54,865 bases of DNA from Alphaproteobacteria bacterium (lineage in GTDB: Bacteria > Pseudomonadota > Alphaproteobacteria > CAAHEQ01 > UBA3637). The stretch is from NCBI GenBank assembly GCA_045532865.1, contig JAZSGT010000025.1, positions 1 through 54,865 on the forward strand, written 5' to 3'. Every line of letters starts with the position of its first letter. Positions within the stretch are counted from its first letter, which is position 1. The notes under the pieces are model-generated. The model was not told where the DNA came from. It saw nothing but the letters and a program-made list of their open reading frames with translations, and did no database searches. Positions 36,759-48,307 of the stretch are shown here, in pieces. The position numbers were made by a program, and so were the translations under genes.

Positions 36759-37532
36759 CTAGTTGCTTTGATAAATGTCATTTAAAATTTTATTAAATCC
36801 ATCTTGATGATTTGCTTTTGGAACAATAACAATCTTGGTATCATCTTGAACAAATTCTTTTGTTAATGAGAGAGGAACAACCTTGTCTTTTTCTCCCACA
36901 AAATGAATTTGTGGAATGTCTTTTAATATCTCTTTATAGTTATTAAGATTCAAAGAGCCTGTTAAAGGTGTGTCATTGTGATATGTTGTCCAAGCCTCTT
37001 GATCCAATACCCCTGCAATGGTGATTAGTTTTTGTATCTTTTGAGGTTGTTTTATAGCAATTAATCCTGCAACTTGGGCTCCACCAGAATATCCAATTAA
37101 AACAATTTTTTGCGTTCGTGCTTTTTTTGAAAACAAATTCACAGTTTGTTCCATGCTGTTGATAATTTGTGATGAAAAGCGTGCGCAAGTCCAATCATTT
37201 TGTGAGCAGGTGCTTGTTTGCAAATATTGACAAGGTCTTGCTAGATAAACCACATTGGAATGGGGATCTTTTGCTGCGATATCCCTTAAAAAGGTTGAGT
37301 GAGGTGTTGGATTATTTGTGGGTCTGTTATAAGCATCAAAAGAATGGCCATCTCCTTCAATATATATGCGAACAGGCTCCCCTGGAGCCTCAATGCGATA
37401 CCATGACGCTAAAACATAGGGTGGTGCTGTAACGGTTTGAAACTGAAATTCCGTTAAAGGATTTTTATGTGCACATCCAAACAGAAATGAACATAGAAAA
37501 AAAAGAGAAAATATTTTAATGTTTTGTGTCAT
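36759..37532 (-). CDS. Lipoprotein, alpha/beta-hydrolase fold
   Basis: Lipobox LFGC in MTQNIKIFSLFFLCSFLFGCAHK, and the nucleophile elbow GYSGGA. The ORF-track N-terminal extension to 37604 is rejected. Confidence 0.7.
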   Translation of the reverse strand: MTQNIKIFSLFFLCSFLFGCAHKNPLTEFQFQTVTAPPYVLASWYRIEAPGEPVRIYIEGDGHSFDAYNRPTNNPTPHSTFLRDIAAKDPHSNVVYLARPCQYLQTSTCSQNDWTCARFSSQIINSMEQTVNLFSKKARTQKIVLIGYSGGAQVAGLIAIKQPQKIQKLITIAGVLDQEAWTTYHNDTPLTGSLNLNNYKEILKDIPQIHFVGEKDKVVPLSLTKEFVQDDTKIVIVPKANHQDGFNKILNDIYQSN

Positions 37533-37661
37533 GATTCTAATTTTTAAAGATAAATTTTTGTTAAGGCTATCAAAAATATTCTCTATTGACAAGTATAAAA
37601 GCATTTCTTACTTTATTTAAGTAAATAATTTTTATTTTAAAGAGGAAAGGAGGGGATTTAG

Positions 37662-37697
37662 ATGCCAGGATGTGGATGTGGAACAAAGAAAAAATAA
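37662..37697 (+). CDS. Candidate 11-codon micro-ORF MPGCGCGTKKK
   Basis: The SD AAGGAGG (37647-37653) lies 8 nt before the ATG. There is an upstream TTGACA-17-TACTTT (37586-37614) and a terminator hairpin 14 nt after the stop. It could still be fortuitous. Confidence 0.3.
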   Translation: MPGCGCGTKKK

Positions 37698-37710
37698 CAA
37701 GATAATATAA

Positions 37711-37744
37711 AAAAGAGGCGCTATAAAAGTAGCGCTTCTTTTTT
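37711..37744. terminator. Bidirectional intrinsic terminator (merR-like gene and micro-ORF)
   Basis: AAAAGAGGCGCTA-TAAAAG-TAGCGCTTCTTTTTT: an ~11-bp stem including a G-U pair, flanked by an A-run and a T-run. Confidence 0.7.
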
Positions 37745-38087
37745 ATGATATATAATCTTCAAGGGAGGATTTAATCTCATTTAGTTCTTGAAGGAGATTG
37801 TCTGTTGCTTTTTGTGTGGCGTCTTTCTCCAATGTTTGAGCTGTTGATGATTTATTTGCTCTTAAACGTTTTTGAACCCCTTTAATAGTAAAGCCTTCTT
37901 TATAAAGATAATCTCGAATACGTGCTAATAAAACAACATCTTCAGCTTGATAATACCTTCTTCCCATCCGTTTCATAGGTTTAATTTGGTAAAATTGTGT
38001 TTCCCAAAATCTTAAAACAGACGCTGGAACTTGTAGCAAGTCTGCAACCTCAGTAATGGTTCGGTAGGCATTTTCTGCTTTGAGCAT
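37743..38087 (-). CDS. MerR-family transcriptional regulator
   Basis: 114 aa ([25 protein letters not shown]...[19 protein letters not shown]). It lies downstream of ihfA, a conserved alphaproteobacterial arrangement. Confidence 0.85.
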   Translation of the reverse strand: MLKAENAYRTITEVADLLQVPASVLRFWETQFYQIKPMKRMGRRYYQAEDVVLLARIRDYLYKEGFTIKGVQKRLRANKSSTAQTLEKDATQKATDNLLQELNEIKSSLEDYIS

Positions 38088-38098
38088 TAAAACTCCTA

Positions 38099-38392
38099 TT
38101 AGCTATTTTTTAACATGTTTTTTAATGTGTTAGATGCTTTAAAAGAAACAACTGTACGAGGGGAAATGGCGTGTTTTACACCAGTTTTTGGATTGCGACC
38201 CACACGTTCTTTCTTTTTGTGTGGAATAAAAGATGCAAATTTGGAAATTTTTACAGTTTCACCATTTGATAATGCTGTGATAATGTCTTGTAACATTTGT
38301 TCGATTAATTTGAATGATTCTGCATGAGAAAAACCAAGTTCGCGATAAATAGCATCAGCAATATCTGCTCGTGTAATTGTTTTTTGTGTCAT
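38099..38392 (-). CDS. ihfA: Integration host factor subunit alpha
   Basis: 97 aa ([16 protein letters not shown]...GRNPKTG...). Confidence 0.9.
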   Translation of the reverse strand: MTQKTITRADIADAIYRELGFSHAESFKLIEQMLQDIITALSNGETVKISKFASFIPHKKKERVGRNPKTGVKHAISPRTVVSFKASNTLKNMLKNS

Positions 38393-38483
38393 TTTTCTTT
38401 CCTTTATAAATTTAAATTTTCTAATGTTAGAATGTCATAAAACATAAATACTTTCAAGTATTTTTTATTATGAATAAAAAAAA

Positions 38484-39458
38484 TTATAATCTAATTAATG
38501 CACCTGCCCAAGTAAATCCTGCGCCCATTGCATCTAATAAGACAAGATGTCCTTTTTTTAGCTTTTGTGATTTGACGCCTTCATATAATGCCAAAGGAAT
38601 TGATGCTGCAGAAGTATTTCCTTGTTCAGGAAGAGTGATAATAACTTTATCTAAATCTATGTCTAATTTTTTAGCTGTTCCTTCAATGATACGGATATTT
38701 GCTTGATGTGGAACCAAATAGTCAATATCTGAAAGTGTTACACCAACTCTATCAATAACTTCTTGAGCAACATTGGATAAATTGGTTACTGCATGACGGA
38801 AAACTTCACGACCTTCCATGTGGACATATCCTGCTGTTTGTGTTCTTGAAACACCACCTGTTGTTGTGAGTAAATCTCTTAATCGGCCATCAGAGTGCAA
38901 AACAATATCGAGAATGCCTTCACTTTGAGTTGAGTCATCGCTTATTTCTTTTGCTTGAAGTACAACAGCGCCTGCTCCATCACCGAATAGAACACAGGTA
39001 TTTCTATCTTTCCAATCAACAATACGAGAAAGAGTTTCTGCTCCAATAACAAGAGCGTTTTTAACGCTACCTGATTTAATAAATTTATCAGCGACGCTTA
39101 AAGCATACATAAAGCCAGAACAAGCTGCTTGAACGTCAAATGCGAAAGCATTTGTAGCTCCCAATCCTGCTTGAACACGCATAGCTGTTGCAGGTGTTGT
39201 GTCATCTGGAGTTGTTGTTGCTAGAATAATAAGATCTAAATCTTGGCCTGAAATGCCAGCATTTTTTAATGCTGTCTCACCAGCTTTTGTTGCTAAAGAT
39301 GAGGTTGTTTGATCATCATCAGCAATGTGTCGAGAACAAATTCCCGTTCTTTCTTTTATCCATGCATCACTGGTTTCTACCATTTTTTCTAAATCAAAAT
39401 TTGTTAAAACTTTATTTGGCAGATAACCACCAACACCAGCAATGATAGATCTAATCAT
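38484..39458 (-). CDS. fabH: 3-oxoacyl-ACP synthase III
   Basis: 324 aa with the active-site context AACSGF, HQANIRI and GNTSAASIP. Confidence 0.95.
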   Translation of the reverse strand: MIRSIIAGVGGYLPNKVLTNFDLEKMVETSDAWIKERTGICSRHIADDDQTTSSLATKAGETALKNAGISGQDLDLIILATTTPDDTTPATAMRVQAGLGATNAFAFDVQAACSGFMYALSVADKFIKSGSVKNALVIGAETLSRIVDWKDRNTCVLFGDGAGAVVLQAKEISDDSTQSEGILDIVLHSDGRLRDLLTTTGGVSRTQTAGYVHMEGREVFRHAVTNLSNVAQEVIDRVGVTLSDIDYLVPHQANIRIIEGTAKKLDIDLDKVIITLPEQGNTSAASIPLALYEGVKSQKLKKGHLVLLDAMGAGFTWAGALIRL

Positions 39459-39472
39459 TTTATAACCCTTTT

Positions 39473-40516
39473 TTATTCTACAATAACATCAGGAACATCA
39501 ACGTCAATTGTATGTCTAAGTTCCTCTTTAATTTTGTTGCATAGGTCGTTTTTTGCCATATGAATAGCTGATTCAACAGCGCAAGCAAAAGAATAACCAT
39601 CAGCTCCCCCATGGCTTTTAACAGATATTCCCTTTAACCCCAAGAACATGGCTCCGTTATAATTTCTGGGGTCCACTTCTTTTTTCATTTTTAATAAAGC
39701 AGGGGTTGCCAAAAGGAAACCAAGTTTTGAAACAAAAGATTGTCTGATTGTTTTTTTTAGAATAGACGAAATAAATTTGGCTGTTCCTTCAATGGTTTTT
39801 AATGCAATATTGCCAGAAAAACCATCAGAAACAATAACATGAGCCTTGCCGGCACAAATGTCATTTCCTTCAACAAAACCAATGAAATTAATTTTATCTT
39901 CAAGAGCTTTAAGTGTTGAAGCAGCTTCGCGAATTTCATCACGACCTTTTGTTTCTTCAGAACCAATATTTAATAACCCAACAGTTGGGTGTTCTGTTTT
40001 GTATAAAACCCGGTGCAAAACGTGACCCATAATTGCAAATTCAACTAAATTTTGAGAATCACATTCTGCATTTGCACCTAAATCAAGTGCAACGAGTGGT
40101 GTTTTACTTGTTGGTAAAACAGCTGCAATAGCCGGACGATCAATCCCTGGAAGTGTGCCAAGGCAAATTTTACTCATAGCCATTAAAGCACCAGTATTTC
40201 CCGCTGAAATAACAGCTTTTGAATACCCGTTACGTACAGACATAATGGCTTTCCACATGCTGCTTTCTCTCCCACTGCGAATAGCAATGGAAGGCTTTGC
40301 ATCGCCACTGATAACATCAGTTGTATGATGAATTTTATAACGTGTATCTGGGAGTTTGTATTCATCTGCCAATTTTTTTATTTGTGTTTCGTCACCGTAT
40401 AAAAAAAAGAAAACAGATGGATCTTTTTTAGCGACTCGGCTAATGCCTTCAATCACTGATCGGGGAGCATTATCGCCCCCCATTGCATCAATTGATATGA
40501 CTAATGTTTCACTCAA
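39473..40516 (-). CDS. plsX: Phosphate acyltransferase PlsX
   Basis: 347 aa (ISIDAMGGDNAP...NIGSEE.KG...). It sits between rpmF and fabH. Confidence 0.95.
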   Translation of the reverse strand: MSETLVISIDAMGGDNAPRSVIEGISRVAKKDPSVFFFLYGDETQIKKLADEYKLPDTRYKIHHTTDVISGDAKPSIAIRSGRESSMWKAIMSVRNGYSKAVISAGNTGALMAMSKICLGTLPGIDRPAIAAVLPTSKTPLVALDLGANAECDSQNLVEFAIMGHVLHRVLYKTEHPTVGLLNIGSEETKGRDEIREAASTLKALEDKINFIGFVEGNDICAGKAHVIVSDGFSGNIALKTIEGTAKFISSILKKTIRQSFVSKLGFLLATPALLKMKKEVDPRNYNGAMFLGLKGISVKSHGGADGYSFACAVESAIHMAKNDLCNKIKEELRHTIDVDVPDVIVE

Positions 40517-40528
40517 CAGTCAAATTCC

Positions 40529-40720
40529 TTATTTTGCTTCAGATGTTTCGCTTACAATAATATCTTTTTTATTGTAATGACCGCATGATTCACAAACATG
40601 ATGTGGGCGTGTTAATTCGCCACATTTTGGACATTCAATACAAGCATTTGTGCCCAAAGCCAAATGTGAACGACGCATGTTCTTTTTTGATTTGGATGTT
40701 TTTTTCTTAGGTACTGCCAT
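40529..40720 (-). CDS. rpmF: 50S ribosomal protein L32
   Basis: 63 aa (MAVPKKKTSKSKKNMRRSH...CPKCGELTRPHHVCESCG). Confidence 0.95.
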   Translation of the reverse strand: MAVPKKKTSKSKKNMRRSHLALGTNACIECPKCGELTRPHHVCESCGHYNKKDIIVSETSEAK

Positions 40721-40892
40721 TTTAATCTCTCTTTTTCTAATTTGTTAAACATCAACTATTGATGTCTTTTTACTTACAATAGGGTTTAACTTATACACAA
40801 AAAATATAATTTTTGCAAGTGTTTTTTTAAGTTGAATAAAAAAATTATATTATTTTGAGTATGTTGTTCTATTTTTTTTGTAAAAAACTCCT

Positions 40893-43541
40893 TTAGTTGA
40901 GTGATAATTGGTTTTGTAGATTAATAATATGAACTGGAATCGGATTATTTTCTTCTGGTTTTAATAATTCATTAAAGTTAAATGATTTGTCCGTTCTATA
41001 GAAATGGTATTCTGTTGCATTTTTTTCTCTACCTTCAATATTAATATAAGCATCTAAGATATTGTTTGCTTGAGAAGAGATATTCAATGTACCACTTCTT
41101 ATAAAGTATTCATCTCCATTTTTAAATAAACTTGTTTTTAATTCAGGATTGTTTCCGTTATATTTTAATGTTGTATTAAGCAATTTGAGCTCAGCATTTT
41201 TAATTTGCATAGATTGAGGTGTTGCCTCAACAGGAATATAAATACTTCCAGTTCCTTTTAAAGAAAGACCTTCTGGTTTTAGATAAGGATTAATATCATC
41301 CCAATTAACCGAGCCATTTCTAAAATACAATAAAGAGCTATTAGCTTTATATGGGATAGTAATATTATCCGCAGCAAGCTGAATTCCAGCAAATGAACCA
41401 TTTAATGAAAAGATGCGAAGTTGTTGGTTTTCAAAGCGAACAGATGAGCGAATATTTTGCAATGGAATTCCGGCTTCTATCTCGTCAATCGCAATATTTT
41501 GAGCTGCTTGTGAAATAAATGGTTGTAAAGATTGTAATGTCAATACAGTGTTCAGGTTTTTAATTCTGGAAGTTCCTTTTGTAAAATAAAGATTTTTTAA
41601 AGAAAGATAAAGTGGTCCTGAAATTTGTTTATCACTTTTCCAATCAATATTACCATATAAAGAAACTTGTCCTGATAAGTTTTGGATATCACTTGGAAAA
41701 AGAGTTGAAATTTGAGGTAAGTCTTTAATTTGTTCAAGATGTAATGGAGGAATAAAAATTGTACCAGAAAAATGACCTGAGTTTAAATTGACACTTCCAT
41801 TGAAATTAGCTTGGATTTTTTCATCAGCAAATAAAGCTTTTGCTTGTGTTTTTCCATTTTCAGAATGAATACTTAAAGAAAATGGTTTTTTAATAATATC
41901 ATTATTTTCAAGACTGATGTATGATGAGCTCAGAGCATATTGATTTTCAACATGGTAAATGTCGTTAATGTATACAGATGCATCTCTAATCTCTTGATAA
42001 GGATTTTTAAAGTTTAGATGTTGTGCAGAAAAAGCAGCTGATCTTTCTGGATTTGAATCATCTGTTTTTATTAAGAATGTTTCGGTATTTAATTTTAATT
42101 TTGTATTGGCTGGTTCTTTTATTCCCTCAAAAACAAGATCGTGTCCTTTTATATTTACAGATGAAAAATTGTTGGATATTTTTAAAGTGTTATTTTGTTG
42201 GACGACACTGAATGTAATTGGTTGAGTGTTTTTATATGTGTTAACACCATCTTTATAGGTTACTTTTCCAACAGTAATAGGTGTTGTATCTGTGACATCA
42301 TATGAGCATTCAAGGTTTGTACAAGATAAATTACCGTAGAGTGTTCCAAAAAGATTTTGAATTTCAAATGAAGGATTTCCTATTTTTGTAATGTTAACAT
42401 CAATTGGATTTAATGATGTTATATTTGAAAAAGAATTTAACTGAAGTCCATCAAAATCCAAGGTGAATTCAGAAATAAGTTGTTCTTTATTTTCTTGTTT
42501 AAGTTTTTTTGAAAAACGCAAATTTCCTTCAAATGATTTTTTCTTACTAGAAAGTTCAATGGCAACGTTTTTTGATGTTTGGCCAAGAGAAAAGACAGTG
42601 TCAATTTTAATGTATATTGGTGATAATTCCTTTGTTTTTAAAGTAACAGAACCGGATAGATTTTCTGTTTTTTTATCTAATAAATTGGTTGTTCCTCTTA
42701 GATTTCTAAGTGTCCAAATAAAGTCAGTTCCTGTTTTTTCAAGTGTTAAATTTCCCATTAAATTTGTGTTGTCTGTTCTGATGCGCAAAGGCACATTCAT
42801 TGTGCTTTTGGAGCCAAATTGTGCATCTAAAGAAAAGTTAACTGGGATTTTGTAATTTTTACCTTCGATTTCAAGTAAGGCATTTTTAATAACAACGGAA
42901 TAAATATCAATGTCTTGTTGCTTATCTAGATTTAACAAAAGTGAAAATAAGGGACTCAAATCAACAGATTGTTCATTGTCTTTGATTTTTACTGTTAAAT
43001 AGTCAAACTCAATACGGTGAACTTTTTTGCGTAAAAAATCACCAAAAGATGAATAAAGATTCATATTTCGAATACGATATGTTCTACTAGCATCTTGAAC
43101 ATTAGAAAGTTTTATTCGAGAGAGTGTATTATCTGAAACTTCCAATGATTCTACTTCAATATTGTGGTGTTTAAGATATGTTTCTACAATAATGGGAAAA
43201 TGGGTTCGTGCATAGTTAATTGTTAAAATCATAGTGATTCCACCTGCATAAACAAGTGAAATAATAAACCCCCAGATATATGAAAGAATTTGGAAGAGTT
43301 TTTTATATTTACGTTTGATAGCATCAAGGAATAGCGTTGTGCGCATTAACACGATAAAAGAAATAGAATAAATTTGCTTTTGGTGTGTTTTTTTGCGTTT
43401 TTTTCTTTCTTTTTCACGCTCTTCTTTTCTGTCAGGAGCTGCAATTTGATTTAATAATTCACCTTCAGCACCCAAGCCATAAGCAGGTCTGGTCAATACC
43501 TCTGTTTTTTCTTTTACTTCTACTTCGTTTTCGTCCGCCAT
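40893..43541 (-). CDS. Large membrane-anchored beta-rich protein (AsmA/YdbH-like, tentative)
   Basis: 882 aa with a charged N-terminus, a TM segment (IWGFIISLVYAGGITMILTI), then a long Asn/Ser/Thr-rich region. Its size and layout recall YdbH/AsmA-like proteins. The family call is weak. Confidence 0.5.
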   Translation of the reverse strand: MADENEVEVKEKTEVLTRPAYGLGAEGELLNQIAAPDRKEEREKERKKRKKTHQKQIYSISFIVLMRTTLFLDAIKRKYKKLFQILSYIWGFIISLVYAGGITMILTINYARTHFPIIVETYLKHHNIEVESLEVSDNTLSRIKLSNVQDASRTYRIRNMNLYSSFGDFLRKKVHRIEFDYLTVKIKDNEQSVDLSPLFSLLLNLDKQQDIDIYSVVIKNALLEIEGKNYKIPVNFSLDAQFGSKSTMNVPLRIRTDNTNLMGNLTLEKTGTDFIWTLRNLRGTTNLLDKKTENLSGSVTLKTKELSPIYIKIDTVFSLGQTSKNVAIELSSKKKSFEGNLRFSKKLKQENKEQLISEFTLDFDGLQLNSFSNITSLNPIDVNITKIGNPSFEIQNLFGTLYGNLSCTNLECSYDVTDTTPITVGKVTYKDGVNTYKNTQPITFSVVQQNNTLKISNNFSSVNIKGHDLVFEGIKEPANTKLKLNTETFLIKTDDSNPERSAAFSAQHLNFKNPYQEIRDASVYINDIYHVENQYALSSSYISLENNDIIKKPFSLSIHSENGKTQAKALFADEKIQANFNGSVNLNSGHFSGTIFIPPLHLEQIKDLPQISTLFPSDIQNLSGQVSLYGNIDWKSDKQISGPLYLSLKNLYFTKGTSRIKNLNTVLTLQSLQPFISQAAQNIAIDEIEAGIPLQNIRSSVRFENQQLRIFSLNGSFAGIQLAADNITIPYKANSSLLYFRNGSVNWDDINPYLKPEGLSLKGTGSIYIPVEATPQSMQIKNAELKLLNTTLKYNGNNPELKTSLFKNGDEYFIRSGTLNISSQANNILDAYINIEGREKNATEYHFYRTDKSFNFNELLKPEENNPIPVHIINLQNQLSLN

Positions 43542-43600
43542 TCTTACCTCATATGAGATATAATATATTCCCCTATACTTATATCATATCTTCTTTTTTT

Positions 43601-45700
<2,100 letters not shown>

Positions 45701-47368
45701 TTAAAGTAAGAGTTGTTTTTCAAGCAATTCTTTTGCCATGCTTTCTGCTGTTTGTGTGATTTTTGAACCAGAAAGCATGCGTGCAATTTCAGTTAAACGC
45801 GACTTTTCATCTAGTTTTTTAACAGACGTGATGATTTTCCCTTCTTTTTCAGATTTTGAAACCGTAAAATGCTGTTCTCCATATGATGCAACTTGTGGTG
45901 CATGGGTAACAGATAAAACCTGACATTCTTTAGAAAGGCGATACAATCTTGATCCAATAGCATCTGCTGTTGCCCCCCCGACACCACTATCAATTTCATC
46001 AAAAATTAATGTTGGCAAAGCAGATTCTTTTGCTAAGTTAACTTTCAGAGCTAACATAAATCTTGAAAGTTCTCCACCAGATGCAACTTTGTTTAACGAA
46101 GAAAAAGGTGTGCCACTGTTTGTTGAAACAAGGAACTCAACATTGTCAATACCTGTTTCAGAATAAGTTTCTTTTTTTGAAATATGTGTTTTAAAATCGG
46201 CTTTTTCAAGTTTGAGGGCTGGTAATTCTTTTTTGACACTTTTGTCAAGAAGTTGAGCTGCTTTTTGTCTTTTTTGAGATAGAATTTCAGCTTGATTAAG
46301 GTAATTAGTTAAAGCGAGTTCTTCATCTTTGGATAACTTATCTAAAAGAAAATCAGCTTTTTCAATATCATTTAATTCTTGGCGTAATTTTTCAATTAGA
46401 GCTGGTAATTCATCAATGCTTGTTTGGTGTTTTCTGGCTAGTGCCCTTAAAGAAAAAAGTCGATCATCAATAATTGGTAATTCAGATGTGTCTCCCCAAT
46501 TGCTTGTGATCTGTTCTAATTTTTCAAGCGTTTCAGAAATTAAATCTTGCGCTTGATAAACACATTCGGCTACTTCTTTAAATGTTGCTTCTTCGTATTT
46601 TGATGCTTTTTCTATTTGTCTAATAGCGAGGTTAAGTTGGTGTGAAATGCCTTTAGTATCATCGCCTAATAATTGAAAAGCCGTATTTGTGCATTCAAGA
46701 ATTTTTTCACTATTCATTAAAGTTGTTCTTTTTTGAATAAGAGTGGTTTCTTCATTTTTTTGAGGGTTAATATTTTCCAAATCAATTAAGCTTTGTTCTA
46801 TATATTCTTTTTGCTGAGTTAATTGTTCTATTTTTTTGTAAGCATTTTGTTTCGCATTGTGTGCTTCTTTATAGATGGACCAGAGTTCTTTTGTTTTTTG
46901 AGTTTCCGTGTTTAATTTGCCAAAAAGATCTAATAAAGAAAGATGAGTCGCAGGATTTAATAACCCGTGTGTTGAAAATTGTCCATGAATTTCTACTAAA
47001 TTTTCACCAATTGATTTTAAAAGAGCAACGCTGACACTTTGATCGTTTATAAAGGATTTATTTTTCCCTTCTTTTGTAACAATTCGTCGGATGATTAAAG
47101 TGTCATCTTCCATTTCAATCCCTTGTTCGTTTAAAATATCTAAAACAGAAGTAGGAATATTTGAAAATTCAGCAGTGACAGAAAGTTGATTTTCTTCATG
47201 TCTTACAAGGCAAGTATCTGCTCTTGCACCCAAAATCAAAGAAAGGGAGTCAAGCAAAATTGACTTTCCAGCACCGGTTTCTCCAGTAAAAACGCCCAGG
47301 CCTTTTTCAAAAGTTAAATCAAGCTTGTCAATTAAAACAACATTACGAATTGACAGGGATGTAAGCAT
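45701..47368 (-). CDS. recN: DNA repair protein RecN
   Basis: 555 aa with Walker A GETGAGKS, a long coiled-coil, and C-terminal SGGELSR and LIFDEIDSG. Confidence 0.95.
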   Translation of the reverse strand: MLTSLSIRNVVLIDKLDLTFEKGLGVFTGETGAGKSILLDSLSLILGARADTCLVRHEENQLSVTAEFSNIPTSVLDILNEQGIEMEDDTLIIRRIVTKEGKNKSFINDQSVSVALLKSIGENLVEIHGQFSTHGLLNPATHLSLLDLFGKLNTETQKTKELWSIYKEAHNAKQNAYKKIEQLTQQKEYIEQSLIDLENINPQKNEETTLIQKRTTLMNSEKILECTNTAFQLLGDDTKGISHQLNLAIRQIEKASKYEEATFKEVAECVYQAQDLISETLEKLEQITSNWGDTSELPIIDDRLFSLRALARKHQTSIDELPALIEKLRQELNDIEKADFLLDKLSKDEELALTNYLNQAEILSQKRQKAAQLLDKSVKKELPALKLEKADFKTHISKKETYSETGIDNVEFLVSTNSGTPFSSLNKVASGGELSRFMLALKVNLAKESALPTLIFDEIDSGVGGATADAIGSRLYRLSKECQVLSVTHAPQVASYGEQHFTVSKSEKEGKIITSVKKLDEKSRLTEIARMLSGSKITQTAESMAKELLEKQLLL

Positions 47369-48124
47369 TTATTTCTCTTTAGTATATTTTTGAATCATTT
47401 GATTTGTTTTTGCTGTCCATGGACTTTTAGGATAATAGTGAACCAACAATGCTTGCATTTGAATAGCTTGAGGTATCATACCAAGAGCCGTGTAGCAAGT
47501 CGCTAACCTGTATAACGCTTCTGATGATTGATTTGCGTGAGGGTGCTCAATTAAAACAGATTGAAAACGGTTAAGAGCTGGCAAGTATTCTTTATTTTTC
47601 AAATAATATCTACCAACAGACATTTCTTTTCCTGCAAGGTGAGATGCAATTTCTTTTAGTTTTACATTGACATCTGGAACATAAACAGAATTTGGAAAAC
47701 GATAGATTAATTCCTTAAATGTATCTAACGCATCTTCAGTCATTTTTTGTTCACGGCTTACATCTGATATTTGTTCAAAATAACAAAGGCCTTTGAGATA
47801 ATACGCATATGCTATATTTTTGTTGCCTGGGTGAAGTTGAATAAATCTGTCAAGAGCTAAAATGGCATCATCATATTTATCAGCTTGATAGAATGAATAA
47901 GCTGTCATGATTTGAGCTCTTGGGGCCCAAATAGAATATGGATGCTGTCTTTCAACTTCATCAAAATAACGAGCAGCTTCTTCATAATCTTTTTGGGTAA
48001 AATAATCATGCCCTTGATTGTAAAGATGTTCAACAGGAGTGTCAGGGATAGATACATCACCAGCAGCACAAGCTGCTAAAAAAGAGCTCAAGAAAAGACA
48101 TGTAAGAGTTTTAATTTTTTTCAT
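47369..48124 (-). CDS. bamD: Outer membrane protein assembly factor BamD (TPR lipoprotein)
   Basis: Lipobox LAAC in MKKIKTLTCLFLSSFLAACAAG, with TPR-like repeats. It lies upstream of recN and ligA. The ORF-track extension to 48334 is rejected. Confidence 0.85.
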   Translation of the reverse strand: MKKIKTLTCLFLSSFLAACAAGDVSIPDTPVEHLYNQGHDYFTQKDYEEAARYFDEVERQHPYSIWAPRAQIMTAYSFYQADKYDDAILALDRFIQLHPGNKNIAYAYYLKGLCYFEQISDVSREQKMTEDALDTFKELIYRFPNSVYVPDVNVKLKEIASHLAGKEMSVGRYYLKNKEYLPALNRFQSVLIEHPHANQSSEALYRLATCYTALGMIPQAIQMQALLVHYYPKSPWTAKTNQMIQKYTKEK

Positions 48125-48307
48125 AATTAGTCCTTTTGTTTTTTTTATTATGCTAGCAATAAATAATACAAATTTCAACTTTTTTCTTTGCTGAAAAACA
48201 AAAACATCTAAATATATGTGATGCTTTTTTTTGAAAAAATGGTTTGACTTTTTAGGGTTAATTGATATCATGAATTTATGATTCACTTTTTTAGGAGAGG
48301 GACAAAG

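Noticed and set aside
36759-37604. The full-length 281-aa version of the hydrolase ORF, and likewise the TTG/ATG-extended starts at 11325, 31475, 48278, 51543 and 51748.
   Set aside because: Internal ATGs give a signal peptide or lipobox, or a better RBS, and leave room for promoters in divergent intergenic regions. The extended starts are kept only as alternatives.
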